Shown one piece after another: positions 49,169 to 58,677 of a stretch of 64,000 nt of DNA. This DNA is from Eubacteriales bacterium (lineage in GTDB: Bacteria > Bacillota > Clostridia > Oscillospirales > JAAYXM01), in the NCBI GenBank assembly GCA_045595365.1, contig JAZOAI010000011.1, positions 12,706-76,705 on the forward strand, read 5' to 3'. The position numbers were made by a program, and so were the translations under genes. A model generated the notes under the pieces. It was not told where the DNA came from, ran no database searches, and saw nothing but the letters and a program-made list of their open reading frames with translations. The first letter of the stretch is position 1, and each line of letters opens with the position of its first letter.

Positions 49169-49653
49169 TGGCAAGCGGAATTGATGAATTGGTAAATATG
49201 CTTTATGACATGGTGTCTGAGGCGTGGGCACTTCCTTTCGGCGCCGAAAAGTGCCTTTTGGAGAGGGAAAAGGTTCTCGACCTTATTGATGAGATTCGCG
49301 TTAATCTCCCGAAGGACCTTGAACAGGCGCGCACAATAGTTGATAACAGAAATGAAATTCTTTCTCTTGCAAAGAGAGAGGCGGAGTCAATCAAGGCTGC
49401 GGCAGAAGAACGCGCGCGTCATATGGTTGCAGAGGATGAAATAGTAATTTCATCTAAGCAGAAGGCAAGCGAAATAATGGCGGTTGCCGAAACAAAGTCT
49501 AAGGAGCTTCGCCGTGCTGCGAACGATTATGCGGAGGATACACTTCGCAGGCTTGAAACGGTCATTGAGCAGGCGCTGAATGAAACTCGTGAGTCAAGAA
49601 AGCAGTTTAAGACTGCAGTAGTAAAAACAAACAATCCGGAGTCTGAAAATTAA
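49168..49653 (+). CDS. Hypothetical coiled-coil protein (ATPase-subunit-H/b-like helical protein)
   Basis: 161 aa, Glu/Lys/Ala/Arg-rich and helical. It is translationally coupled to coaD through a TAATG overlap. Confidence 0.6.
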   Translation: MASGIDELVNMLYDMVSEAWALPFGAEKCLLEREKVLDLIDEIRVNLPKDLEQARTIVDNRNEILSLAKREAESIKAAAEERARHMVAEDEIVISSKQKASEIMAVAETKSKELRRAANDYAEDTLRRLETVIEQALNETRESRKQFKTAVVKTNNPESEN

Positions 49654-49665
49654 GAAAATTAACTT

Positions 49666-49699
49666 AAAAGGCTGCATCTTTTTAAGATGCAGCCTTTTG
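49666..49699. terminator. Bidirectional terminator between the coiled-coil gene and pfkA
   Basis: AAAGGCTGCATCTT-ttt-AAGATGCAGCCTTT with flanking A and T runs. Confidence 0.85.
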
Positions 49700-49709
49700 C
49701 TATGTTTTT

Positions 49710-50681
49710 CTATATGGACATAATTTTCGATGTGATGTACATATCTTCCTGAATGTCCTTTTTCATTTCAAGTGCCGTATTTATGTCAATGTTGCATAAG
49801 TTACCGTCTTTTAAGCATACAACGCGGTTCGTTTCGCCTGCCATAAGAGTGTGAACGGCATATTCGCCGAAACGGCTTGCCATAACACGGTCACGCGCGG
49901 TCGGGCTTCCTCCGCGCTGAATGTGGCCGAGGATAGTCAGCCTTGTATCAATTCCTGTTTCCTCAATTATGCGATTTGTTATATCAATCGAGCTTCCGAC
50001 ACCCTCCGCCTGAATTATAATGTAGTGGGAGCGCTTGTTGATTCGACCTGCACGGATTTTTTCTACAACGTCGCGATGAAAATCAAACGGCTTTTCAGGA
50101 ACAAGAACAGCCTGCGCTCCGCACGCGATTCCGACATGAAGAGCGAGATGCCCGGCGTTGTGGCCCATAACCTCAACAACAGAACAACGCTCGTGTGACT
50201 GCATTGTGTCGCGAAGCTTATCAATAGCTTCAAGAGCTGTGTTGCAGGCCGTGTCAAAGCCTATGCTGTATTGGGTTGAGGTTATATCATTATCAATGGT
50301 AGCGGGAACGCCTATGGTGTGAATCCCGTTGTTTGCAAGCTCACGTGCGCCTCTGAATGTGCCGTCGCCGCCAATGGCTACGATGCCGTCTAATCCGAGG
50401 TATTTGCAAGTGGAAACTGCCTTCTGGACTCCTGCATCCGTCATAAATTCCGGGCAACGCGCAGTGAAGAGCATTGTTCCGCCTTTTGAAATGATACCGT
50501 TAACGCTTCGCGCATTAAGCTCAACTACGTCTCCGTTTATGAGGCCGTTATAACCACGGCGGATGCCGAGACACGTGATGCCGTGATATGCGGCGGTTCT
50601 TGCAACAGCGCGGATAGCAGCATTCATGCCCGGAGCATCGCCTCCGCTCGTAAGGACACCGATAGTTTTTATGGAAGACAT
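49710..50681 (-). CDS. pfkA: ATP-dependent 6-phosphofructokinase
   Basis: 323 aa with IGVLTSGGDAPGMNAAIR...GGDGTF...PATIDNDI...MGHNAGHLA. Confidence 0.95.
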   Translation of the reverse strand: MSSIKTIGVLTSGGDAPGMNAAIRAVARTAAYHGITCLGIRRGYNGLINGDVVELNARSVNGIISKGGTMLFTARCPEFMTDAGVQKAVSTCKYLGLDGIVAIGGDGTFRGARELANNGIHTIGVPATIDNDITSTQYSIGFDTACNTALEAIDKLRDTMQSHERCSVVEVMGHNAGHLALHVGIACGAQAVLVPEKPFDFHRDVVEKIRAGRINKRSHYIIIQAEGVGSSIDITNRIIEETGIDTRLTILGHIQRGGSPTARDRVMASRFGEYAVHTLMAGETNRVVCLKDGNLCNIDINTALEMKKDIQEDMYITSKIMSI

Positions 50682-50724
50682 TATAAGATCAACCTCTCAA
50701 ATTAGTATTTGAATCAATATATAA

Positions 50725-50753
50725 ATTATATAATTGTTTGAAGAAAATGTAAA
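50725..50753 (-). promoter_or_regulatory. Putative sigma-A promoter of pfkA
   Basis: Minus strand TTTACA-17 nt-TATAAT, about 40 nt upstream of the pfkA ATG. Confidence 0.5.
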
Positions 50754-50769
50754 GTAAAATTGGCGATGT

Positions 50770-53700
50770 TTATTCTTTTGACGCTGCGTCTTTTAGGACT
50801 ACATTGTCACTGCCGAGAATTTCCCGAAGGCGGTTTAGAAGCGTAACGTCACTTGAAATGTGCGTTCTCAGGCGCTTTTTTGTGCTTTCGTAATAAAGAA
50901 TTGTTTCAAGCTCTCCCGGAAATGCCGAGATTATGGCACGTATGGATTTTGCGTTCTGACATTCTTCATCGGGAAGTCTCAGGTAAAGACGCTTGCACTC
51001 AGAAGTTTCGGTTTCAATGTTATTATATTCGCTTATTCCGCGTATTTCATCACATATAAGCTGCGGAGAAGAATCCTCGCGAACGCTTATTCTTGCGCGG
51101 ACAGTAACAATGGCATTTTCGCTGAGAAGATGCTGATGCTTTTCAAGAACCTTTGGGAATATGATACATTCAATGGAGTTTACGGTCCCTTCAAGCGTCA
51201 TATATGCCATCATTGAATTGTTTTTTGTTGTTTTGAGCTTTACCGATGAAACACAGCCTGCAACAAAAACCGAATCGCCGTCACTATGTTTGTCCGGAGA
51301 AAGGCAGTCGGAAAGCTTTTCGACTGCGAGTTTTTTCAGAAGAGAGGCATAGTCATCAAGAGGATGGCCAGAAAGGTAAATGCCGAGAGTTTCTTTCTCA
51401 AAAGAAAGAATGGTGTTCTTCGGGTATTCGGGAATGTCGGGGAGCAAATCCTCGTCATAGGTCACCTTCTCCTGCGCCGAGTCAAGCGAGAAAAGGTCAA
51501 ACTGGCCTTCGATGGTTCTGCTTTTTACATATGATATGCCGGTAAGAATGCTGTCATAAATCTGCAGAAGCTGTGCGCGGTTTGCGCCTGTGCTGTCAAA
51601 CGCACCGCACTTAATGAGGTTTTCAAGTGCACGGCGATTGAGTTCTCTGTGTTGCATCCTCTTGCAGAAGTCACGGAGAGAGGCAAACGAGCCACCAAAA
51701 CGGCGTTCTTCTGAAATGCTCTTAACAAATGCTCGGCCGACATTTTTGACGGCGGCAAGCCCGAAGCGGATATTGTCTCCGCTTACGGTAAAGCTATCTT
51801 CCGATTCATTGATGTCGGGAGGGAGAACTGCTATGCCCATTTCGCGGCACAGCTCAAAGTAACCTGCAAGCTTATCCGTAGAATCAAGAACGGATGTGAG
51901 AAGCGCCGCCATATATTCTCTCGGATAGTGAAACTTCATATACGCGGTCTGGTATGATACAACAGCGTACGCGGCGGCGTGGGCTTTGTTGAAGGCATAG
52001 TTTGCAAATGCAACAATCTCGTCAAAAATCTTGTTTGCGGTTTCTTCGGAAACACCGTTATTGATCGCACCGCAAATTCCTTCTTCTTCATTCCCGAAGA
52101 TAAAGTTTTTGCGTTCGCGCAGAAGGTCTTTTTCTTTCTTCTTTGATATTGCCCGGCGAACCATATCAGCTCTTCCGAGAGAAAAACCTGCTACCTTTCT
52201 GAATATATCCATAACCTGCTCTTGGTATACTATGCAGCCATATGTTACTTCAAGTATGCTCTTGAGCATAGGGTGGAGATATTGAATGTTTTCAGGATTG
52301 TGCTTTGAGCTTATATAATGCGGAATAGAATCCATCGGGCCGGGGCGATAGAGGGCAACAATCGCAGTTATATCTTCTATCGACTGCGGCTTCATTCCGA
52401 CGACAACAGAGGTCATGCCCTGGCTTTCAAGCTGAAAAACTCCCGCAGTATGCCCTTTTGATAATTCAGCGAAGGTCAATTCATCGTTGTCGGGAATATC
52501 TGATACTGAAAAGGACGGGGTATGGGCTCGGACCAAGGTTTCCGCATCGTGAAGAACGGTGAGGTTACGAAGGCCAAGGAAGTCCATTTTTAGAAGCCCG
52601 AGTTCCTCGAGAGTTACCATCGTAAACTGAGTTACTATTGATTCGTCATTTGCAGATAGCGGAACATACGAAGAAACTTCGTTTTTGGTTATTACAACTC
52701 CTGCTGCGTGCGTTGAGGCGTGCCGAGGCATACCTTCAAGCGCAATGGCTGTGTCTATAAGCTTTTTATATCTTTCATCAGCTTCGTAATAATCGCGGAA
52801 GGGCTTTGAAATTTCAAGTGCCTTATTAAGAGTCATATGAAGCTCGTTCGGGACGCTTTTTGCAATTGCATCAGCCTCTGCATACGGAAGATCCATAACT
52901 CTTGCAACATCTCGAATCGCGCCTTTTGCAGCCATTGTCCCGAAGGTGACAATCTGAGCTACGCGGTCAGAACCGTATTTTCTGACAACGTAATCTATAA
53001 CCTCCTGGCGGCGTTCCTGGCAGAAATCGACGTCGATATCAGGCATACTTATTCTCTCGGGGTTTAGGAAACGCTCAAAGTAGAGGTTGTATTTCATCGG
53101 GTCAATGTTTGTTATTTCAAGACAGTAAGAAACAATGCTTCCTGCAGCGCTTCCGCGGCCGGGGCCGACGGGGATATCCTGGCTTCGCGCATATGAAATA
53201 AAATCCCAGACAATGAGAAAATAATCAACATAGCCCATTCTTGAAATCATATTAAGCTCATAGTCAAGCCGCTCCTTGTAAGAGTCAGGGGCGTTTGGGT
53301 AGCGTCGCGCAAAACCGTCGTATGTCAGCTTTTTCAGATATTCAAGTGAATCGGAAAAATCCGGGGGAGTGTCGTACTCGGGAAGATGATGATGCCCAAA
53401 TTCGAATTCAAGATTACACATATCCGCAATCTTCATCGTGTTTTCAAGTGCCTCGGGCTGTGCAGGGAAAAGGGAGGCCATTTCTTCTTCGCTTTTAATG
53501 TAAAACTCATCTGTCGCAAATTTCATGCGAGACGTGTCACTGAGAGATTTGTTCATCTGAACACACATCAGAACATCTTGAGTATATGCATCCTCGCGAT
53601 TTATATAATGAGCATCGTTTGTTGCAACAAGAGGGATGTCAAGCTCACGGGAGATTTTAATTATCTCGCGGTTTACTTCCTTTTGCTCTTCGATGCCGTG

Positions 53701-54231
53701 GTCCTGAATTTCAAGATAAAAATTGTCTTTACCGAAAATTTCATAAAGTGATTCTGCGTAGCTCTTGGCTCCATCAATGTCGCCGCGAAGAATCATTCTC
53801 GGAATAGTTCCGGCAAGGCAGGCAGAAAGGCAAATAAGGCCCTCGGAATGCTTCTTTAGAATTTCAAGGTCAATCCTCGGTTTGCCGTAAAAACCATCAA
53901 TAAAAGCTCTGCTTACTAAGTAGATGAGGTTCTTATAGCCTGTCTCATTTTTGCATAAAAGGACAAGATGCGCGGGCTCGCGGTCTGAAGAGAAGTCTTT
54001 ATCAAACATCGAGCGGGGTGCCGTGTAAACTTCACAGCCGATAATGGGTTTTATTCCCGCGGCCTTTGCGGCACGGTAAAAATCAATGACTCCGTACATA
54101 ACACCGTGGTCGGTAATAGCGATTGCAGTCTGCCCAAGCGCTTTTGCACGTTCACAAGCCTTGCTGATTCGGCATGCACCGTCGAGAAGACTGTATTCGG
54201 TATGTACATGAAGATGTGCAAATCCACTCAT
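50770..54231 (-). CDS. dnaE: DNA polymerase III alpha subunit (DnaE type)
   Basis: 1153 aa with an N-terminal PHP domain (FAHLHVHTEYSLLDGA), the polymerase core and an OB fold. Confidence 0.96.
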   Translation of the reverse strand: MSGFAHLHVHTEYSLLDGACRISKACERAKALGQTAIAITDHGVMYGVIDFYRAAKAAGIKPIIGCEVYTAPRSMFDKDFSSDREPAHLVLLCKNETGYKNLIYLVSRAFIDGFYGKPRIDLEILKKHSEGLICLSACLAGTIPRMILRGDIDGAKSYAESLYEIFGKDNFYLEIQDHGIEEQKEVNREIIKISRELDIPLVATNDAHYINREDAYTQDVLMCVQMNKSLSDTSRMKFATDEFYIKSEEEMASLFPAQPEALENTMKIADMCNLEFEFGHHHLPEYDTPPDFSDSLEYLKKLTYDGFARRYPNAPDSYKERLDYELNMISRMGYVDYFLIVWDFISYARSQDIPVGPGRGSAAGSIVSYCLEITNIDPMKYNLYFERFLNPERISMPDIDVDFCQERRQEVIDYVVRKYGSDRVAQIVTFGTMAAKGAIRDVARVMDLPYAEADAIAKSVPNELHMTLNKALEISKPFRDYYEADERYKKLIDTAIALEGMPRHASTHAAGVVITKNEVSSYVPLSANDESIVTQFTMVTLEELGLLKMDFLGLRNLTVLHDAETLVRAHTPSFSVSDIPDNDELTFAELSKGHTAGVFQLESQGMTSVVVGMKPQSIEDITAIVALYRPGPMDSIPHYISSKHNPENIQYLHPMLKSILEVTYGCIVYQEQVMDIFRKVAGFSLGRADMVRRAISKKKEKDLLRERKNFIFGNEEEGICGAINNGVSEETANKIFDEIVAFANYAFNKAHAAAYAVVSYQTAYMKFHYPREYMAALLTSVLDSTDKLAGYFELCREMGIAVLPPDINESEDSFTVSGDNIRFGLAAVKNVGRAFVKSISEERRFGGSFASLRDFCKRMQHRELNRRALENLIKCGAFDSTGANRAQLLQIYDSILTGISYVKSRTIEGQFDLFSLDSAQEKVTYDEDLLPDIPEYPKNTILSFEKETLGIYLSGHPLDDYASLLKKLAVEKLSDCLSPDKHSDGDSVFVAGCVSSVKLKTTKNNSMMAYMTLEGTVNSIECIIFPKVLEKHQHLLSENAIVTVRARISVREDSSPQLICDEIRGISEYNNIETETSECKRLYLRLPDEECQNAKSIRAIISAFPGELETILYYESTKKRLRTHISSDVTLLNRLREILGSDNVVLKDAASKE

Positions 54232-54235
54232 CAGA

Positions 54236-55156
54236 TTACGAGTCCTTTCTTGAGTTTAATTCTTCGGCTATTGAAACAAGCTTTCCTAAGCGATGGTTAA
54301 GCCCCGATTTTCCAACTCCGTCATCAGATAGCCGCGCGAGCTCGGAAAGCGAGGTTTCGGGGTAGTTGAGCCTGAGGTTTGCCGCAGCCTGAAGCTGAGG
54401 AGAAAGTGTGTCCAGAACTCCAAGATCCTGAAGCTTTTTTATAGCTGAAAGGTGTGTTTTTGCGGCGTCAGCAGTCTTTGAAAGGTTTGCAAATTCAAAG
54501 TTCACCTGCCTGTTTATGTTGTTGCGGACATCTTTCATAACCTTTGTCTGCATAAGCTCAAGGGCACAGAGCGGGGCGCCGATTCTTGTGAGAAAATCTT
54601 CGATATGTCCACTTTCTTTTAAATAAACGATGTTGTTGGATTTTCTTATTGCAAGCTTTGCGGGCAGGTCAAGGTCAAGAAGGAGCGAAACGACTTCACG
54701 GCTGAGGGTGGCGTGCGAGGTAACAAGCTCTAAATGATAGCGGGATGAAGGGTCGGAAACCGAGCCACCCGTCAAAAAGGCACCTCTGCAAAAGGCCGCC
54801 CGAGCTTCGTCTGTTTCTACAAGCGCAGCGTTGAGACGGAGCGAGAGCGTGTCATCTGAATTTATGCCGAAGGCTTCAAAAATCTCTGAAATCCTGCTCG
54901 GTTGTTCTATTATAAGATTAAATTTTTTAAGGGCTGATTCCGGGATGATTTTTTTGTCAAAATCAAACGCAAAAAGACTTTTAAGAAGGCGTGAAGCCCG
55001 GTGAGCAACGTTTTTGTTTTCTGTAATTATTTTGATTTTATCTTTTCTCGTTGCATTTGCAAAAAGAATCATTCCGCAACATTCTGCAAGCGCAGCTTCG
55101 GGATTTTTAATATCGAGCATTGAAAGCTCTTCTTTAATTCTTGCTGAAAAAGTCAT
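54236..55156 (-). CDS. whiA: DNA-binding protein WhiA
   Basis: 306 aa with FSARIKEEL..., degenerate LAGLIDADG repeats and a C-terminal HTH (SLSELA...SKSGLNHRL). Confidence 0.93.
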   Translation of the reverse strand: MTFSARIKEELSMLDIKNPEAALAECCGMILFANATRKDKIKIITENKNVAHRASRLLKSLFAFDFDKKIIPESALKKFNLIIEQPSRISEIFEAFGINSDDTLSLRLNAALVETDEARAAFCRGAFLTGGSVSDPSSRYHLELVTSHATLSREVVSLLLDLDLPAKLAIRKSNNIVYLKESGHIEDFLTRIGAPLCALELMQTKVMKDVRNNINRQVNFEFANLSKTADAAKTHLSAIKKLQDLGVLDTLSPQLQAAANLRLNYPETSLSELARLSDDGVGKSGLNHRLGKLVSIAEELNSRKDS

Positions 55157-55169
55157 AGCATCTCCCTTG

Positions 55170-56030
55170 TTATCTCAAAAAATCTCTGTGGATTTTTGCG
55201 CATTTATATCCGAGTGAAGAAATGTGATTTCCAAGCTCTTCGGTAAGGGCAACGGAGCGGTGCTTTCCGCCGGTACAGCCTATTGCAATATTGAGCGAAG
55301 TTTTTCCTTCTTCAATATATTGCGGAAGAAGAAATTCGATAATGTCGTAAAGATGTTTGAGAAAATCTTTTGTCTGCGGCCATTTCATAACATACTCATA
55401 CACATCGGCGTCAAGCCCTGTTTTCTCGCGCAAAGAGATGTTGTAATAAGGATTTGGCAGAAAACGCACGTCAAAAACGAGGTCCGCCTCCAAAGGAAGG
55501 CCGAATTTAAAACCGAAGGAGGATACGTTGATAATCATTGACTGGTCGCGAAGGTCGTTATCCTCTAAAAAGCTGACAAGCCTCTCTCTGAGCATCGAAG
55601 CGGAGAGAGTAGAGGTGTCGATGATATAATCTGCCCGCGCACGTATATCAGCGAGCATTTCGGTTTCTTTTTCAATGATTTTTTCAATCGGAGTGCCTTC
55701 GGAAAAAAGAGGGTGTCTGCGCCTTGTTTCTTTGTATCGCTTTATAATTACGTCTGTAGATGCTTCAAAATAAAGAATCTTATAATTGCAGTTGGAAATC
55801 TTTATATTGTCAAGAGCATTGAAAAGGGCGGTAAAGTCAAGTCCTGCGCGGATGTCTGTGACAAGAGCAACGTGAGAAAAGCGGCTGTTTGCCGCTATGC
55901 ACATATCCGCAAAGGTCGGGATAAGCTCAGGCGGCATATTGTCAACACAGTAAAAACCCATATCCTCCAAAACAGAGGCAGCCCGGCTTTTTCCGGCGCC
56001 TGACATTCCTGATATAATAAAGAAATCCAT
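55170..56030 (-). CDS. rapZ: RNase adapter / nucleotide-binding protein RapZ (YvcJ)
   Basis: MDFFIISGMSGAGKS...CTGGKHRSV. ATG 56030 avoids overlap with murB. Confidence 0.93.
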   Translation of the reverse strand: MDFFIISGMSGAGKSRAASVLEDMGFYCVDNMPPELIPTFADMCIAANSRFSHVALVTDIRAGLDFTALFNALDNIKISNCNYKILYFEASTDVIIKRYKETRRRHPLFSEGTPIEKIIEKETEMLADIRARADYIIDTSTLSASMLRERLVSFLEDNDLRDQSMIINVSSFGFKFGLPLEADLVFDVRFLPNPYYNISLREKTGLDADVYEYVMKWPQTKDFLKHLYDIIEFLLPQYIEEGKTSLNIAIGCTGGKHRSVALTEELGNHISSLGYKCAKIHRDFLR

Positions 56031-56046
56031 TTTTTTACACGTCCTT

Positions 56047-56940
56047 TTAAAGTATGCAAATTTCACATTCGAGAGAAACTCCGGTTTCCCGAAGAACCGT
56101 TTCCTGTATGTGGGAAATAAGATGTTTTACGTCGCTTGCGGTTGCACCGCCGCGGTTTACTATAAATCCTGCGTGCTTTGGTGATACCTCGGCACCGCCT
56201 ATTGAGAAGCCTTTGAGATTACATTGTTCTATCAACGCTCCTGCAAAGTGGCCTTCAGGACGCTTGAAAATGCTTCCGGCATTTGGAAGGTCTAAAGGCT
56301 GCTTTTCGCGTCTGCGTGATGCGAAGTCCTTCATCTTTGCGCTTATTTTCTCCTGATTTGCCGGGGTGAGTTTGAATTCAGCCGAGAGAATCAGGAGGCC
56401 AGGATTTTTCTTATAAAAGCTGTTTCGGTAGGAAAACTCGTGTTCTGAACCCGGCAAGGTGATTAGCTTGTCACCTGATAAATATGTTGATTTTACAAGA
56501 CAATCAGAGATTTCAGAGCCGTATGCGCCTGCGTTCATGACGAGCGCACCGCCGACACTACCGGGAATCCCTTGTGCAAATTCGAGACCGGAAAGAGAGT
56601 TCTTAAGGGCAAAAGCGGAAACTGCAGAGATAAAGGCTCCGGCTTCGGCTCGAATCGTATTTTGCGATAAAGAAATTTCGTTGCAAGAAAGCTTTAAGAC
56701 AACACCGTCAAAAGGCTCGTCGGGGAAAAGGAGATTACTGCCGTTTCCTATTATCACAGGAGAGATTTCAAAGCTTTTCAAAAGCCTGACAGCTTCAATT
56801 ACAGCATCTGAAGAGAATATTTCTATGAAAAGCTTTGCAGGGCCGCCTATTTTGAAGGTTGTGTGCTTTGACATCGGCTCGTTTTCAAACAAACGAACAC
56901 CATTGATGCCCGCGAGTGCAGAGATGAGTTCTTTTTTCAT
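56047..56940 (-). CDS. murB: UDP-N-acetylenolpyruvoylglucosamine reductase
   Basis: 297 aa with an FAD-binding PCMH domain (IGNGSNLL) and ...GSIFKRP...GGA.VS.KHAGFIVN. Confidence 0.95.
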   Translation of the reverse strand: MKKELISALAGINGVRLFENEPMSKHTTFKIGGPAKLFIEIFSSDAVIEAVRLLKSFEISPVIIGNGSNLLFPDEPFDGVVLKLSCNEISLSQNTIRAEAGAFISAVSAFALKNSLSGLEFAQGIPGSVGGALVMNAGAYGSEISDCLVKSTYLSGDKLITLPGSEHEFSYRNSFYKKNPGLLILSAEFKLTPANQEKISAKMKDFASRRREKQPLDLPNAGSIFKRPEGHFAGALIEQCNLKGFSIGGAEVSPKHAGFIVNRGGATASDVKHLISHIQETVLRETGVSLECEICIL

Positions 56941-56963
56941 AAAAATGCAGTCCTTTAAGAGAA

Positions 56964-58256
56964 TTATATTATTTCACCCGAAAGCCCGTCAAACAGAAGA
57001 GAAGTGATTCTAACGTCACATACGCTGTTTTTTAAATCTGAATCGGACTTTACATAAACTCTGACAAAGTTTTTTGCGTGCCCAACCCAATATCCCTTGT
57101 GTTCTTCTTCAAAAAGAACAGACTCCGTCTTTCCGAGTCGAGAAGCAAGGTATTTTGAAGTCATTGCCTTTGCGATTTCCGATGCCCGTTTTGCTCGGTC
57201 TGCTTTATCATTCTTTGTAATTTGCCCATCCATTTTTGCGGCAGGGGTTCCTGCGCGCTTTGAGTAGGGGAAAATGTGCATAGATGAAAACCCACAGCGT
57301 TCTATAAAGGAAAGTGTTTCTGAGAATTCTGTTTCATCCTCACCGGGAAATCCGACGATCATATCAGTCGTTATCGCACAACCCGGGAAGTGTCGTTTAA
57401 GGAGAGTCACTGCCTCGAGAAAGCGGGCGGTGTCATATTTTCTGTGCATGCGGCGCAGTGTGGCATCGCATCCGCTTTGCATTGAAAGGTGAAAGTGGTC
57501 GCACAGATTAGGGAAATCCTTAAGCTTAATGCAAAAATCCTCGTCAATTATTCTTGGCTCGATTGAGCCAAGCCTGAACCTTATTGAAGGAAACTCGGAG
57601 CAAAGTGCGGAGATTAAGTCACAAAGGCTTCGTTTGGGAGAGAGGTCTCGACCGTAAGATGCAATCTCAATTCCCGTAACGACAACTTCTTTGTAGCCGT
57701 CGAAGGAAAGCTTCTTGCATTCCGATATGGCTAAATCAAAATCCATTGAACGGACAGGCCCTCTTGTATATGGGATGATGCAATAGGTGCAGAAGTTGCT
57801 GCAGCCGTCTTCTATTTTGAGCATAGCCCTCGTGTGCCCGAAAAGCCCGCCCGCAGGGAGATACTCAAATTTGCGGCGGGATAGTGGATTATCAATGCTG
57901 AGGTCTGCATATTCTTTAGATGAAAGCGAAGAAATCGCATCTGCAAACGAAGCCTTGTCTGATGTGCCTGAAACAAGTGAAACTCCCTCAATTTCGGCTA
58001 TTGCCGAGGGAGAAAGTTGAGAAAGGCATCCGCAAACGGCGATGCGCGCGTTGGGATGAGTTTTTGCCATATGGCGAATCATCCGCCGTGATTTCTGGTC
58101 ACTTGTAGAGGTGACGCTGCAGGTGTTGATTACAATAACGTCGGCAGCGGAATAATCAAGAACAACTGTATGCCCCTTTTCGGTGAGCATAAGCTCAAGA
58201 GATTGCGTTTCAAATTGATTTACCTTGCAACCGAGCGTAAAAAAAGCAATGTTCAT
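56964..58256 (-). CDS. mtaB: Radical-SAM methylthiotransferase MtaB (MiaB-like)
   Basis: MNIAFFTLGCKVNQFETQ..., the CSNFCTYC radical-SAM cluster and a C-terminal TRAM-like region. Confidence 0.88.
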   Translation of the reverse strand: MNIAFFTLGCKVNQFETQSLELMLTEKGHTVVLDYSAADVIVINTCSVTSTSDQKSRRMIRHMAKTHPNARIAVCGCLSQLSPSAIAEIEGVSLVSGTSDKASFADAISSLSSKEYADLSIDNPLSRRKFEYLPAGGLFGHTRAMLKIEDGCSNFCTYCIIPYTRGPVRSMDFDLAISECKKLSFDGYKEVVVTGIEIASYGRDLSPKRSLCDLISALCSEFPSIRFRLGSIEPRIIDEDFCIKLKDFPNLCDHFHLSMQSGCDATLRRMHRKYDTARFLEAVTLLKRHFPGCAITTDMIVGFPGEDETEFSETLSFIERCGFSSMHIFPYSKRAGTPAAKMDGQITKNDKADRAKRASEIAKAMTSKYLASRLGKTESVLFEEEHKGYWVGHAKNFVRVYVKSDSDLKNSVCDVRITSLLFDGLSGEII

Positions 58257-58363
58257 AAATTCACCCAAAAATAACAATAAGAAATGGTTGAAAAATCCTT
58301 CTAAAAGTATTATACTTTATTTATAAGCAAAATAGCAATACAAATTTGAAAGGAGTTTAAATT

Positions 58364-58603
58364 ATGTACAAATTCGACGTATCAATTTCATCAATAAATG
58401 AGGTTAAGGAATTCGTCAATGCGGCTTGCAAGCAGATGTGTGATATTGATATTATCTCAGGCCGCTATGTCATTGATGCAAAGTCTATTATGGGTATCTT
58501 CAGCATTGACCTTACAAAACCGATAACTGTATCCGTTAACGGAACAGAAGAAGAGTACAAGGCTTTCCGTGAGGCAGTTAAGAGTATTGTCGTAGAAGGC
58601 TAA
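58364..58603 (+). CDS. Short HPr-like protein lacking the His15 loop
   Basis: 79 aa. IDAKSIMGIFSIDL matches the HPr Ser46 region ([12 protein letters not shown]). No G-x-H-A-R-P-A motif is present in the N-terminal part. Confidence 0.65.
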   Translation: MYKFDVSISSINEVKEFVNAACKQMCDIDIISGRYVIDAKSIMGIFSIDLTKPITVSVNGTEEEYKAFREAVKSIVVEG

Positions 58604-58620
58604 TTGCTACATAACATTCC

Positions 58621-58656
58621 GGCAACCGTAAAAAACTCGGTTGCCTGTTTGTTTTT
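58621..58656 (+). terminator. Intrinsic terminator after the short HPr-like gene
   Basis: GGCAACCG-9 nt-CGGTTGCC followed by TGTTTGTTTTT. Confidence 0.7.
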
Positions 58657-58677
58657 ATAAATAAACGGAGGGGTAGT

